The notes beneath the pieces were generated by a model that did not search any database, was not told the DNA's origin, and saw nothing but the letters and a program-made list of their open reading frames with translations. This document shows, piece by piece, positions 1-9,191 of a DNA stretch of 64,000 nucleotides. Made by a program: the position numbers and the translations under genes. Position 1 is the first letter of the stretch. Each line of letters starts with the position of its first letter. The DNA is from Candidatus Woesebacteria bacterium (GTDB lineage Bacteria; Patescibacteriota; Microgenomatia; UBA8517), in contig JAGVAE010000002.1 of the NCBI GenBank assembly GCA_020060565.1, positions 307,270 through 371,269 on the forward strand, read 5' to 3'.

Positions 1-483
1 ACTTACTCTATATTGGTTAAACCAAAAATTGGCTGGAAATTACCATATGAACACGTAGAGCTTGTAGCTCTCTCACCTGATGAGGTTGTGTTCACTGCTT
101 TATGGAAGTCTTTTGAAGAAAAGGTGGCTGAATTGTATGGTTATGCAGATTTAGTGCAATTATTTGGTTACTATCAATATGAATCTAACTTGAGGACAAA
201 GTTTGAACCAAAGAACATTGAAGTGAATGGTTTCTGGAAGTTGGTTGATTTTGTACTTAATTCTGGTATTCCAAAAGATGCAATACAGCTGGAGGATTTG
301 GCAGATATTTTAAGAGTTGATAAAAATGAAGTTTTTGACTATCTTGTAAAAGCTAAGGAATTGGGATATGAAATAAGAAATAATTCAACCAACCCTCAAA
401 TTGAGGATGGTCATTTCTTAATACCTTATGGTTATCCAACCCTAAGTCATAGAAGTGTTCAGTTGTCAAAGGGATTAATATAA
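1..483 (+). CDS. 5'-truncated CDS; possibly the C-terminal part of a DNA methyltransferase of an R-M pair
   Basis: Frame is open from base 1 (TYSILVKPK...), so the gene starts upstream of the window. Ends 6 bp before a nuclease-like gene. No MTase catalytic motif is visible in this fragment. Confidence 0.4.
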   Translation, partial: TYSILVKPKIGWKLPYEHVELVALSPDEVVFTALWKSFEEKVAELYGYADLVQLFGYYQYESNLRTKFEPKNIEVNGFWKLVDFVLNSGIPKDAIQLEDLADILRVDKNEVFDYLVKAKELGYEIRNNSTNPQIEDGHFLIPYGYPTLSHRSVQLSKGLI

Positions 484-489
484 AAATAT

Positions 490-1803
490 ATGCCAAACAA
501 TAATGATTATTACTTGAAAGTATTTGTTGATAAGAGCGAGCTTGTAAGAAATGGTGACTTATCTACTTTTTATGAAGGGGATATGTCAGAGGAAGCAAAG
601 GCCAGATATAGAACTATAGAAGAGAAACTAGAATCAGGTTACTTGGAAGATTTAATAACTTCACTTAGAGAAAACCCCGAAAGTGGAAGCGTATATGAGC
701 TGGATGTTCAACACAAAGATTTAATAAAACGGATGGTTGATTCGGTGACAAGTGAAATAGGAAGGGCGATTATTGGACTCAGTATCCTTCAGTTGGCAGT
801 AAAAAGTATTGTGCCAGAACAAAGCATTCGTCTACATAAAGGTGGGGGCGGAACAAGAAATTTTTCATGGAAAGAAGGTGTTTCAATGCGTTCATTAGAC
901 AAGAGATATATCACTCCTATTTTACGAAGGCATGACCTTTTACATCTTAATGCGGATGGTTTTATGATGACCAGAAGTCTTGCTGAAAATTACCCTTACT
1001 CCAAAGTGTATAAAGCTCAACTAAGAGGTGCTAGGAATCAATGGCTTGATTTGGTTGAAGCAGTTGAGGATGGAAATCTAGAACCGTTAGGTGCTATGAA
1101 GTATTTAATTTCTTTACTTATTAACAGGGCGGATGATTTCAAAAAATTAGCTAGCGAATCATTAAAACTATCCGAAGAGGTTGTTAAACATATTTCTGGA
1201 AAGAGTGGTGTTTTAAGTATTATTGAAGAACATATTTCAAAATCTGATTACGCAGCAAGATTAATGGAGATTTCAATGCACTCTTTAATGCAAGCATTAC
1301 AGGAATTGAAAGTATTTCCAGGGGAAGAACTTAAACCCTTGTCTCAAATGAGATCAGCCAATAAAAAGCATGGAAACATAGGGGATGTAGAATTAGTTGA
1401 GGACTCTGAAATTGTGGAATCTTGGGATGCAAAATTTGGAAAGTCTTATCTTCGGGACGAGGTGGAGGAACTTTCGGAAAAGTTAAAGCGTCATGAATCA
1501 GTAAAAGTTGCTGGATTTGTCACAGATACAGACCCTCAGAGGTTAGATGAAATGAAGAAACGTATATCGGAAATTGAAGAACTCCATGGTTTAAGGATTG
1601 TAATTGAAAGATATAGTGATTGGGTTAATGAACAGTTTGACAGGGCGGATAAAGAGGTGGGTGCAAATGAGGTTGATGTGGCAGGGCGATGGCTAACTGC
1701 ATATACAGAATCTTTGGCCCAGAAAAGAAGAGAAATTGCTCCAATAGACGAACCTTGTGAGGCTTGGCTTAATTCGTTAAAAAATATTCTTGGGAAGAAC
1801 TAA
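490..1803 (+). CDS. Putative PD-(D/E)xK restriction endonuclease-like protein
   Basis: 437 aa soluble, acidic protein; GDVE...ESWDAK fits a D-x(n)-D-x-K nuclease motif; tightly coupled to the upstream gene. Confidence 0.5.
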   Translation: MPNNNDYYLKVFVDKSELVRNGDLSTFYEGDMSEEAKARYRTIEEKLESGYLEDLITSLRENPESGSVYELDVQHKDLIKRMVDSVTSEIGRAIIGLSILQLAVKSIVPEQSIRLHKGGGGTRNFSWKEGVSMRSLDKRYITPILRRHDLLHLNADGFMMTRSLAENYPYSKVYKAQLRGARNQWLDLVEAVEDGNLEPLGAMKYLISLLINRADDFKKLASESLKLSEEVVKHISGKSGVLSIIEEHISKSDYAARLMEISMHSLMQALQELKVFPGEELKPLSQMRSANKKHGNIGDVELVEDSEIVESWDAKFGKSYLRDEVEELSEKLKRHESVKVAGFVTDTDPQRLDEMKKRISEIEELHGLRIVIERYSDWVNEQFDRADKEVGANEVDVAGRWLTAYTESLAQKRREIAPIDEPCEAWLNSLKNILGKN

Positions 1804-2444
1804 GGCGAAGGTTTGTCTGACCAGCCTTCTTTGCCTTGGGTAAATTCTCTACCATCTGGTGAGATACACCTTCTTATACCCGTTCTTTCGTAATATTGCT
1901 CGCTTGAAAGCTGTCCGCCATCATGACCGATTGCTTTAACACAATCTTCATATGTTTTAACCCAAGAGTATTTTTCTTTTATGGTTGGAGCTAAATCTCC
2001 TCCAGGAAGAAGTTCTGGAGTGAAATTACTTTCTGGACAACCGTGGTCACAATCTTGGCGAGTACCACTGTTAAGAAGAACCGAAGCTAATTCCCAAGCA
2101 TTCATACTTTGCGAGATTGTATAAACTGCTCCTCTTTCAATTGTTTTACTGCCTTTGCCTACTTTAATGAAATTTTCTCCTCCTTTGGTGTTATCTTGCG
2201 TATGTTCCAGTGCAAAAGTGAAAGCTCTTTCATCTTTGATGAAATCGTAATACTTTAAATCACCAACAATAGCATCTAAGGTTTTATTCTTGCTTATCGT
2301 AAACTGGATGTCGGGAGTATCATTCCTTGGAGCCTCAAACTTTGATTGCCAATTTTTAAACAGCAATATTCCAAATATACTTGCAACTCCGAACAATATT
2401 ATTAAAGAGATTAAAGGTTTTTTGAATTTAACTTTTTTAACCAT
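1800..2444 (-). CDS. Membrane-anchored protein, MltG/YceG-like N-terminal region plus Cys-containing C-terminal module
   Basis: N-terminal TM; FTISK..TL..I...L..YDFIK and GAVYTISQSMNAWELASVL resemble the MltG N-terminus; tail TYEDCVKA...CISPDGREF; no full MltG catalytic domain. Confidence 0.55.
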   Translation of the reverse strand: MVKKVKFKKPLISLIILFGVASIFGILLFKNWQSKFEAPRNDTPDIQFTISKNKTLDAIVGDLKYYDFIKDERAFTFALEHTQDNTKGGENFIKVGKGSKTIERGAVYTISQSMNAWELASVLLNSGTRQDCDHGCPESNFTPELLPGGDLAPTIKEKYSWVKTYEDCVKAIGHDGGQLSSEQYYERTGIRRCISPDGREFTQGKEGWSDKPSP

Positions 2445-2580
2445 ACTGTTATTTAAAAGTATACTCTTTTAAAGTATTATAGTATTGAAGAAAGGATAGA
2501 ATGGGAATGACAAGGCTGAATGGTCTACATTTCTTATGTCATTTCAAACATTGTCATTATCCCCAAATATCTCAGTAGTT

Positions 2581-2589
2581 TGATATACT
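2581..2589 (+). promoter_or_regulatory. Extended -10 (TGATATACT) 6 nt before ATG, leaderless-type
   Basis: tgatatact-ttagcc-ATG(2596); no SD. Confidence 0.65.
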
Positions 2590-2595
2590 TTAGCC

Positions 2596-3222
2596 ATGGT
2601 TAAATTTGTTTATTTTGATGTTGGTGGAACTGTGATCAAAGATTTTAGCGGAACCAATAATTGGGATAATCTTAAAAAAGAAATTGGTATAAAAGATGAT
2701 CAATATGAAAGATTTGATCTTCTTTTTGATAAACATCTAGAGATTAACACTACACGGGAGGTAGATACCCTAAAACCATTAATAGAAAAAGAATTCGGTG
2801 TTAAATTTGGCAAAAATTACTCCTTGCTTATAAATGGTTTTGTAAATCGTTTTGAAACAAATAAATCCATTTGGTCAGTAGTTAAGGAAATACAAAAAAC
2901 CTCCAAAGTTGGACTATTAACCAATATGTATCCAGGAATGTTTGAAGCTATCAAAAAAAGGAAATTGATTCCCGATATTAATTGGGATGAAATAATCGAT
3001 TCAAGTATTGTGGCTCTTCAAAAGCCAGATTCTGATATCTATAAACTTGCTCAAAATAAAAGCGGTGTTAATGGCGGAGAAATATTGTTTGTCGACAATG
3101 TTCAAGAGAATATTGATACAGCACAAAAGTTTGGCTGGAAAACTTTTCTATATAATCCAAAAGAGTCTGTTCTATCTAGTAAAAATTTGTTAGAATACTT
3201 CCACTTATTAAATGAAAAATAA
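2596..3222 (+). CDS. HAD-superfamily hydrolase/phosphatase
   Basis: Motif I FDVGGT, LLTN, KPD..IY, FVDN. Confidence 0.9.
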   Translation: MVKFVYFDVGGTVIKDFSGTNNWDNLKKEIGIKDDQYERFDLLFDKHLEINTTREVDTLKPLIEKEFGVKFGKNYSLLINGFVNRFETNKSIWSVVKEIQKTSKVGLLTNMYPGMFEAIKKRKLIPDINWDEIIDSSIVALQKPDSDIYKLAQNKSGVNGGEILFVDNVQENIDTAQKFGWKTFLYNPKESVLSSKNLLEYFHLLNEK

Positions 3223-3709
3223 AAGTTTATATATAACAATCTTTCTAGTAGTACTTGTTGCCGTTGGTGGATATTTTGTTTTTAAGATTCCTTCACCAGT
3301 TATTAATCAACAATTACAAGAAGAGACTCTTTCTGATAATATAGAGAGTGTCGATACAAGTACTTTGGGAGTTGAGACAACTATGAATGATCAATTAGAA
3401 ATTGTAGATGAAGTATTAGGAACTGGGATAGAAGCTGTTGCCGGAAAAAGTGTAACAGTTAATTATTCAGGAACTCTTACAGATGGAACAAAATTTGATA
3501 GTTCTTATGATAGAAATGAACCATTCGTTTTTAATCTAGGTGCGGGTGAAGTTATTGTGGGATGGGATCAGGGAGTAGTTGGTATGAAAGTTGGAGGAAA
3601 GAGAAAATTAGTTATTCCCCCATCTTTGGGTTATGGATCAGCTGATTTAGGGGTGATTCCTCCAAACTCAACACTTGTTTTTGAGATAGAGCTTCTGAAA
3701 GTTGATTAA
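3212..3709 (+). CDS. FKBP-type peptidyl-prolyl isomerase with N-terminal membrane anchor
   Basis: [48 protein letters not shown]. Confidence 0.95.
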   Translation: MKNKSLYITIFLVVLVAVGGYFVFKIPSPVINQQLQEETLSDNIESVDTSTLGVETTMNDQLEIVDEVLGTGIEAVAGKSVTVNYSGTLTDGTKFDSSYDRNEPFVFNLGAGEVIVGWDQGVVGMKVGGKRKLVIPPSLGYGSADLGVIPPNSTLVFEIELLKVD

Positions 3710-3714
3710 TAAGG

Positions 3715-4815
3715 GTGCTAAATAAATTTTTTAAATCAAAAGTGGGTAATGTTCCTCTGCCAGTATTTTTCCCTGATGCTACTCGTGCAGTAGTTAAATC
3801 TATTGACACATCAGATCTTGAAGAAACCAATACACCCGGAATTTTGGTTAACACATTTCATCTTTGGCAGGAATTGGGAGTGGATGTTTTAAAGAAGTTT
3901 GGGGGAATACGGGAGTTTATGAACTACCATGGAGCTGTAATTTCAGACTCTGGGGGATTTCAGGTAATGTCTGTTATTAAGTCAAAAAATATTAAAGGTA
4001 AAATTACCGATGAAGGAGCTGTTTTTTATCCTTCTAAGAATAAAAAGAAGATATTAACTCCGGAAAAATCAATTGAATTTCAGATGAATTTAAAGACAGA
4101 TATGGTGGTTGTTTTAGATGACTTTACAGATCCAGCCTCAACCTATGATGATGCAAAAATATCAGTGGAAAGAACGCTTTCTTGGGCAAAAAGATCAAAA
4201 GTTGAATTTGAAAAGATTTGTAAAGAAAAGAAATTGGGAGATGATAGACCTTATCTTCTTGGCGTGGTTCAGGGTGGAAAATATCAAGACTTAAGAGAAT
4301 ACTGTACAAAGGAGCTTGTGAGTATTGGTTTTGATGGATTGGGATATGGTGGTTGGCCAATAGATGAAGGGGGAAATTTTGATTACGACTCTGCCAAGTC
4401 GATTGCTGACAACACCCCCTCAGAATATTTCTTATATGGACTAGGGGTAGGTAAACCCGATGAAATTTTAGGTTGTGCAAAATTGGGATTTAATATTTTT
4501 GATTGCGTTCTTCCTACTAGAGACGCACGGCATGGAAGACTATATATTTATAATTTTGATTCAATTGACGAAATAAATTTAAATATTCCCAATTTTTATT
4601 CTTTCTACACACCAACAAGAGAGAAGTACTATAAAGATGAAACTCCTATAAGCACCGCATGTGATTGTTTGTTATGTAAAAAATATTCAAAAGCATACTT
4701 GGCACATCTTTTTCGCATTGGAGATTTTACTGCAGGACGCCTTGCAACAATCCACAATTTACGTTTTTACTCGTTATTGATGGAGAAGATCAGAACTACT
4801 ATTGACAAAACATAA
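3715..4815 (+). CDS. tgt: tRNA-guanine transglycosylase (queuine tRNA-ribosyltransferase family)
   Basis: DSGGFQ, GVVQGG, FDCVLPTR, Zn site CDCLLC...H. Confidence 0.9.
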   Translation: MLNKFFKSKVGNVPLPVFFPDATRAVVKSIDTSDLEETNTPGILVNTFHLWQELGVDVLKKFGGIREFMNYHGAVISDSGGFQVMSVIKSKNIKGKITDEGAVFYPSKNKKKILTPEKSIEFQMNLKTDMVVVLDDFTDPASTYDDAKISVERTLSWAKRSKVEFEKICKEKKLGDDRPYLLGVVQGGKYQDLREYCTKELVSIGFDGLGYGGWPIDEGGNFDYDSAKSIADNTPSEYFLYGLGVGKPDEILGCAKLGFNIFDCVLPTRDARHGRLYIYNFDSIDEINLNIPNFYSFYTPTREKYYKDETPISTACDCLLCKKYSKAYLAHLFRIGDFTAGRLATIHNLRFYSLLMEKIRTTIDKT

Positions 4816-4831
4816 AAAGTGCGTTTATACT
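4802..4831 (+). promoter_or_regulatory. sigma70-type promoter TTGACA-N18-TATACT
   Basis: ttgaca 4802-4807, tatact 4826-4831, ATG at 4843. Confidence 0.6.
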
Positions 4832-4842
4832 TGCGCACTACT

Positions 4843-5526
4843 ATGGAACCCGAGGAAAATCAGTCAGTAGAACAGGAACAATCTGTGCAACAGTCTTCTT
4901 ATCAAGAACCTGAACAGTCCAGTGGTGTTTCTTTCCCAACAGTAGGCGAACAAAAAAAATCTGGAGGAGCAAAAACAATTTTAATAGTAGGTATTTTAAT
5001 TTTGGTAGCCATCCTTGGATTTGTAATTTATAAAAGTGCAAGCAAAAAAACGGATGGTACATCTTCTGAGCCAATCTCTTACGATGGTTTAACCACACCA
5101 TCTTCAGAACTAATAGTTGAGCCAGTTACACCGGCTCCTTCTCCTGCAGCTTCCGTTGATAAAACCAAGATTAAAGTTCAAGTTCAAAACGGAACAGGAA
5201 TAACGGGGGAAGCGGCTTACCTTCAAACCCAGCTTAAAGATTTGGGGTATATAGATGTTAAAGTTGGCAATAGTGAATCTACAGTTTCAACAACTACAGT
5301 TAGCTTTTCAAATAAATTAGACCCAAGTGTTGTGAGTGAAATCACTCAAAAATTAAATTCGGTTTATCAAACAGTTACAACCAATACTTTAACCTCTTCC
5401 ACTTATGATGTTGTAGTTGTAACAGGTCTTAAAAAGGGAGCAACCCCTAAACCATCTGTTAGCCCAACAGCAAGCGCTTCTGCGTCGCCATCTGCTTCTC
5501 CGACTCCATCACCAACCTCAACTTAA
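4843..5526 (+). CDS. LytR C-terminal domain membrane protein with S/T/P-rich tail
   Basis: One TM; VQVQNGTGITGEA, GY..V.VGN, YDVVVVTG; tail PSVSPTASASASPSASPTPSPTST. ATG 4843 preferred over the track's GTG 4819, which lies inside the promoter. Confidence 0.8.
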   Translation: MEPEENQSVEQEQSVQQSSYQEPEQSSGVSFPTVGEQKKSGGAKTILIVGILILVAILGFVIYKSASKKTDGTSSEPISYDGLTTPSSELIVEPVTPAPSPAASVDKTKIKVQVQNGTGITGEAAYLQTQLKDLGYIDVKVGNSESTVSTTTVSFSNKLDPSVVSEITQKLNSVYQTVTTNTLTSSTYDVVVVTGLKKGATPKPSVSPTASASASPSASPTPSPTST

Positions 5527-5531
5527 CAAGA

Positions 5532-5540
5532 TGCTATAAT
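5532..5540 (+). promoter_or_regulatory. Extended -10 (TGCTATAAT) 8 nt before ATG
   Basis: Consensus extended -10 in a 22 bp intergenic gap. Confidence 0.7.
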
Positions 5541-5548
5541 ATTAATAT

Positions 5549-6010
5549 ATGCCCGATTTAAGTCAGACATTGTTTGAAACTTTCAATTTAAGTTTGGGTA
5601 AGATTTCTATCCCTGTTCCATATTGGCAAGCAGCAGCCATAGTTGCTCTAATTTTTTTTCTGATACTGCTTTTAGCAAAATTTCGTGAGCATTCTATTCA
5701 CTGGTCGTTAAAAGGTGGAGTATTTGGAATATTTTTTGGATTTCTGTTGGCCTTGATTTTGGAAGGATTTCTTCTAATTGGAGGTAAGACTGTACTAACT
5801 GAAGCTTTGGGTTGGAAAAATCCACCAACACCAATTGCGCACTTACTGGACGCAGGAAGGTCTGAACTTATTAATGTATTGGGTATTAAAACTGAAATAC
5901 CAACTTCATATGCGAAGGAAAATGTTTCAGTTCAGGATGCAATGGAAGTTATCCAGAGTTTGAATCCAAGTGATATTACCAAAGTCAAAAACATCCTTTG
6001 TTCTCCTTAG
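5549..6010 (+). CDS. Hypothetical membrane protein (2 TM)
   Basis: 153 aa, two hydrophobic stretches, own promoter. Confidence 0.7.
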   Translation: MPDLSQTLFETFNLSLGKISIPVPYWQAAAIVALIFFLILLLAKFREHSIHWSLKGGVFGIFFGFLLALILEGFLLIGGKTVLTEALGWKNPPTPIAHLLDAGRSELINVLGIKTEIPTSYAKENVSVQDAMEVIQSLNPSDITKVKNILCSP

Positions 6011-6012
6011 TT

Positions 6013-6021
6013 TGGTATACT
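6013..6021 (+). promoter_or_regulatory. Extended -10 (TGGTATACT) 7 nt before prfB ATG
   Basis: tggtatact-tcaagga-ATG. Confidence 0.6.
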
Positions 6022-6028
6022 TCAAGGA

Positions 6029-7057
6029 ATGGAAGAATTAATAGATAGACTGAATAAGCTTAAGATATCTGCTGATATTGAAGGAAAGAAAGAAAGGATC
6101 AAAATTCTTGAGGGAGAATCAACCAAAGCTAATCTTTGGGATGATCCCAATTATGCAAGACGGGTAACCCAGGAGTTGAGTGATTTAAATAAAGAAGTAG
6201 AAGAAATTCAAGAACTTTCGGAGACTTTGGAAATCTTAACACAAGTCAATGATGAAAGCGAATTAAGAAAAGCTGAAAAAGCCCTAGAAAGATTGGAAAT
6301 GACGACTTATCTTTCTGGTAAGTATGATGTTAAAAATGCAATAGTTTCAATTCACGCAGGTCAGGGAGGAACGGAGGCTATGGATTGGGTCTCAATGCTA
6401 CTTCGTATGTATATGCGTTTTTGTGAAAGGAGAGAATGGAAGACGGAAACTTTTGAATATACTCCAGGGGAGGAAGCTGGGATTAAAAGTGTTATCTTTA
6501 ATGTTTCGGGAAGACATGCTTATGGTTATCTAAAAGGTGAAGCAGGAACCCATAGGCTTGTCAGGCAATCTCCATTTAATGCGGACAAATTAAGACAGAC
6601 CTCATTTGCGCTTGTGGAAGTCATGCCTGAGCTTGAAGAAACTGATGCTTCAGACATTGATATTAAAGATAGTGATTTGGATTGGCAATTTATTCACGCT
6701 GGAGGTCACGGGGGGCAAAATGTAAATAAAGTAGCAACTGCAGTACGCTTAACACATATTCCATCAGGAATAGTTATTACCGCCTCAACTGAAAGATTCC
6801 AAGAACAAAATAGGAAAATTGCCTTAAGTTTACTTCGAGGAAAACTTTGGCTGCGTGAACAAGAGATTGCCAAAGGACTTAAAAAGGATATAAAAGGGGA
6901 TTATCGTCCTGCTTCTTGGGGAAATCAGATCAGAAGTTATGTCCTCCATCCATATAAAATGGTAAAGGATTTGCGGACTGAAGTCGAAACAGGAAATACA
7001 GATGTAGTATTAGATGGGGGGATCGACGAATTTATTGATGCTGAGTTGAAAATGTAA
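6029..7057 (+). CDS. prfB: Peptide chain release factor 2
   Basis: HRLVRQSPF (SPF specificity motif), GGQNVNK, WGNQIRSYV. Confidence 0.95.
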   Translation: MEELIDRLNKLKISADIEGKKERIKILEGESTKANLWDDPNYARRVTQELSDLNKEVEEIQELSETLEILTQVNDESELRKAEKALERLEMTTYLSGKYDVKNAIVSIHAGQGGTEAMDWVSMLLRMYMRFCERREWKTETFEYTPGEEAGIKSVIFNVSGRHAYGYLKGEAGTHRLVRQSPFNADKLRQTSFALVEVMPELEETDASDIDIKDSDLDWQFIHAGGHGGQNVNKVATAVRLTHIPSGIVITASTERFQEQNRKIALSLLRGKLWLREQEIAKGLKKDIKGDYRPASWGNQIRSYVLHPYKMVKDLRTEVETGNTDVVLDGGIDEFIDAELKM

Positions 7058-7100
7058 TTTTCGATTTGCGTTTTTGGCTTTTATAGTGTTATATTTGGTT

Positions 7101-7538
7101 ATGGAACCAATAAACCCCCAGCCAGTAGTAGGGCCTGTGCAGAATTTAAATACAAATAAAACCTGGATGTATATTGTTGGTGCTTTTCTTGTTGTTGTTT
7201 TGGGTGTGGGGGGTGGCTGGCTAATTTCTTCAAAAGTAATTAACAAAGGTCCTGTTGCAGCACCTGGTACAAAAGTGACTTCAACTGAAGCTGGGGTACT
7301 TGATGCCAATACCAAATATGATAATGCAACAGGAGTTATGAAAGAAGGAGGAACGGGGAATGAGGGAACACACCACCTTGATCGTGAAGGTGGAGTTGAT
7401 CAGACAGTTTATTTGACTTCAAGTGTGATTGACCTATCTAGTTTTAATGGTAAAAAGGTTCAGGTTTGGGGTCAAACATTAGCTTCAAAGAAAGCTGGAT
7501 GGCTGATGGATGTTGCTAAAGTACAAGTCATTCAGTAA
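7101..7538 (+). CDS. Hypothetical single-TM protein with a small beta-rich extracellular domain
   Basis: ATG 7101 follows tgttatatt-N5; TM near the N-terminus; beta-rich C-terminus. Confidence 0.7.
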   Translation: MEPINPQPVVGPVQNLNTNKTWMYIVGAFLVVVLGVGGGWLISSKVINKGPVAAPGTKVTSTEAGVLDANTKYDNATGVMKEGGTGNEGTHHLDREGGVDQTVYLTSSVIDLSSFNGKKVQVWGQTLASKKAGWLMDVAKVQVIQ

Positions 7539-7574
7539 TTATTGTCTTCATCTGGTAATATTAAGAGACTATAT

Positions 7575-8243
7575 ATGTCTCACGAAAAGAAAAATATTAT
7601 TCATTTTGAGAAGGTAACAAAGAAATTTGGTGGTATGGCTGCGGTTGATAATGTTTCATTTGATGTAGAAGATGGTGAATTTGTTTTTATCACAGGTCCT
7701 TCAGGGGCAGGAAAAACTACACTTCTTAAGTTAATTCTGGGAGAAATATCCTCAAGCAGCGGGGAAGTGATAGTTGATGGTGTGAATGTTGAAAATTTAA
7801 AAGAAAAAGAATTACCCTACTTTCGCCAAAAAATAGGTATAGTATTTCAAGATTTTAAGGTACTACCACAGCGTTCAGTTTCTGAAAATATAGAAGTTGC
7901 TCTAGCTGTAACAGGAGTTGATGAAGCCCAATGGCAGGAAAGAATAAAACACGTTCTTAAACTGGTGGGACTTTCTCGTCAGGAGGATCTTTTTCCATCT
8001 CAACTTTCAGGAGGAGAACTGCAAAGAGTTTCTTTAGCACGTGCTTTGAGTGTTAATCCCAAGCTTCTTTTGGCAGATGAGCCGATGGGAAACTTAGATT
8101 GGGAAACATCTGATTCAATAATGCAATTATTTGAAAAAATTAACAAAGAAGGTAAAACCATAGTGATGGCGACACATAACTTGGAAATTGTTAAGAAATA
8201 TAAAAAGCGTGAGATACATATAGTAGGTGGTAAAATAAATTAA
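7575..8243 (+). CDS. ftsE: Cell division ABC ATPase FtsE
   Basis: GPSGAGKTT, IGIVFQDFK, LSGGE, ADEPMGNLD; upstream of ftsX. Confidence 0.9.
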   Translation: MSHEKKNIIHFEKVTKKFGGMAAVDNVSFDVEDGEFVFITGPSGAGKTTLLKLILGEISSSSGEVIVDGVNVENLKEKELPYFRQKIGIVFQDFKVLPQRSVSENIEVALAVTGVDEAQWQERIKHVLKLVGLSRQEDLFPSQLSGGELQRVSLARALSVNPKLLLADEPMGNLDWETSDSIMQLFEKINKEGKTIVMATHNLEIVKKYKKREIHIVGGKIN

Positions 8244-8273
8244 TTAAAAAATAAAAATTTATAATTTAAAATT

Positions 8274-9191
8274 ATGAAAAGTATTCATCTTAAAACTGCA
8301 CTGGGATGTATGAGAAGGTCTCCGTTTCAGGCTATGGCTGCTACATTTGTTTTGAGCCTTACCTTTTTTGTCGCCACTTTAGTATCTGTTCTTGTTTATT
8401 CTTCATCTCAGCTTCTAAATTATTTTGAGTCTCGTCCTCAGGTGATTGCTTTTATTAAAGATGGGACTACCGATACCCAAGTTGCTGATTTACAACATAA
8501 GCTGGAAAGCGAGGAAAAAATTGAAAATGTTAAGTATGTAAGTAAAGAGGAAGCTCTCTCTATTTATAAAAAAGCTACTAGCGATAATCCACTTTTGGGA
8601 CAGCTTGTAAGTCCATCAATTTTTCCTGCTTCCCTAGAATTTTCTGTAAACGACTTATCCTTTGCCCAAGATATTATTGATCAAATAAAGAGCGAGGATA
8701 TAGTTGATTCTGTTGGTTTTACCGCTGCAGTTGGTGGGGAGGCTAATTTAAACGATGTTGTCAATAGACTTAAAACCATAACTACATATGTTAGATTGGG
8801 AGGTGGAATATTTACAGGAGTTTTGGCTCTGGCTTCATTTGTTGTTCTTCTTATAACAATAACAATGAGAATGGCAACACGCAAAGAAGAAATTGAGATA
8901 CTAAATCTTATTGGGGCAACCAAAGCATTTATAAGAAGTCCTATCATGCTTGAGGCTCTTATATATGCCGTAGTTGGTGTTTTTGTTGGTTGGATACTGT
9001 GCTTTATTACTGTTTTATATTCGGCTCCTGGCTTGGTTTCTTATTTTGGTGAAATTCCAGTTCTTCCAAAAGATACGCTTGGGATTCTTACAATCTTTGG
9101 AATTATTTTGGGAGTAGAGCTTTTGGGCGGTCTTATTTTGGCAATTTCAGGAAGTTTACTTGCAATTTCAAGAGTCAGAAAATCAAGATGA
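8274..9191 (+). CDS. ftsX: Cell division permease FtsX
   Basis: 4 TM, YVSKEEAL extracellular domain, RKEEIEILNLIGAT..FIRSP..LE. Confidence 0.9.
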   Translation: MKSIHLKTALGCMRRSPFQAMAATFVLSLTFFVATLVSVLVYSSSQLLNYFESRPQVIAFIKDGTTDTQVADLQHKLESEEKIENVKYVSKEEALSIYKKATSDNPLLGQLVSPSIFPASLEFSVNDLSFAQDIIDQIKSEDIVDSVGFTAAVGGEANLNDVVNRLKTITTYVRLGGGIFTGVLALASFVVLLITITMRMATRKEEIEILNLIGATKAFIRSPIMLEALIYAVVGVFVGWILCFITVLYSAPGLVSYFGEIPVLPKDTLGILTIFGIILGVELLGGLILAISGSLLAISRVRKSR

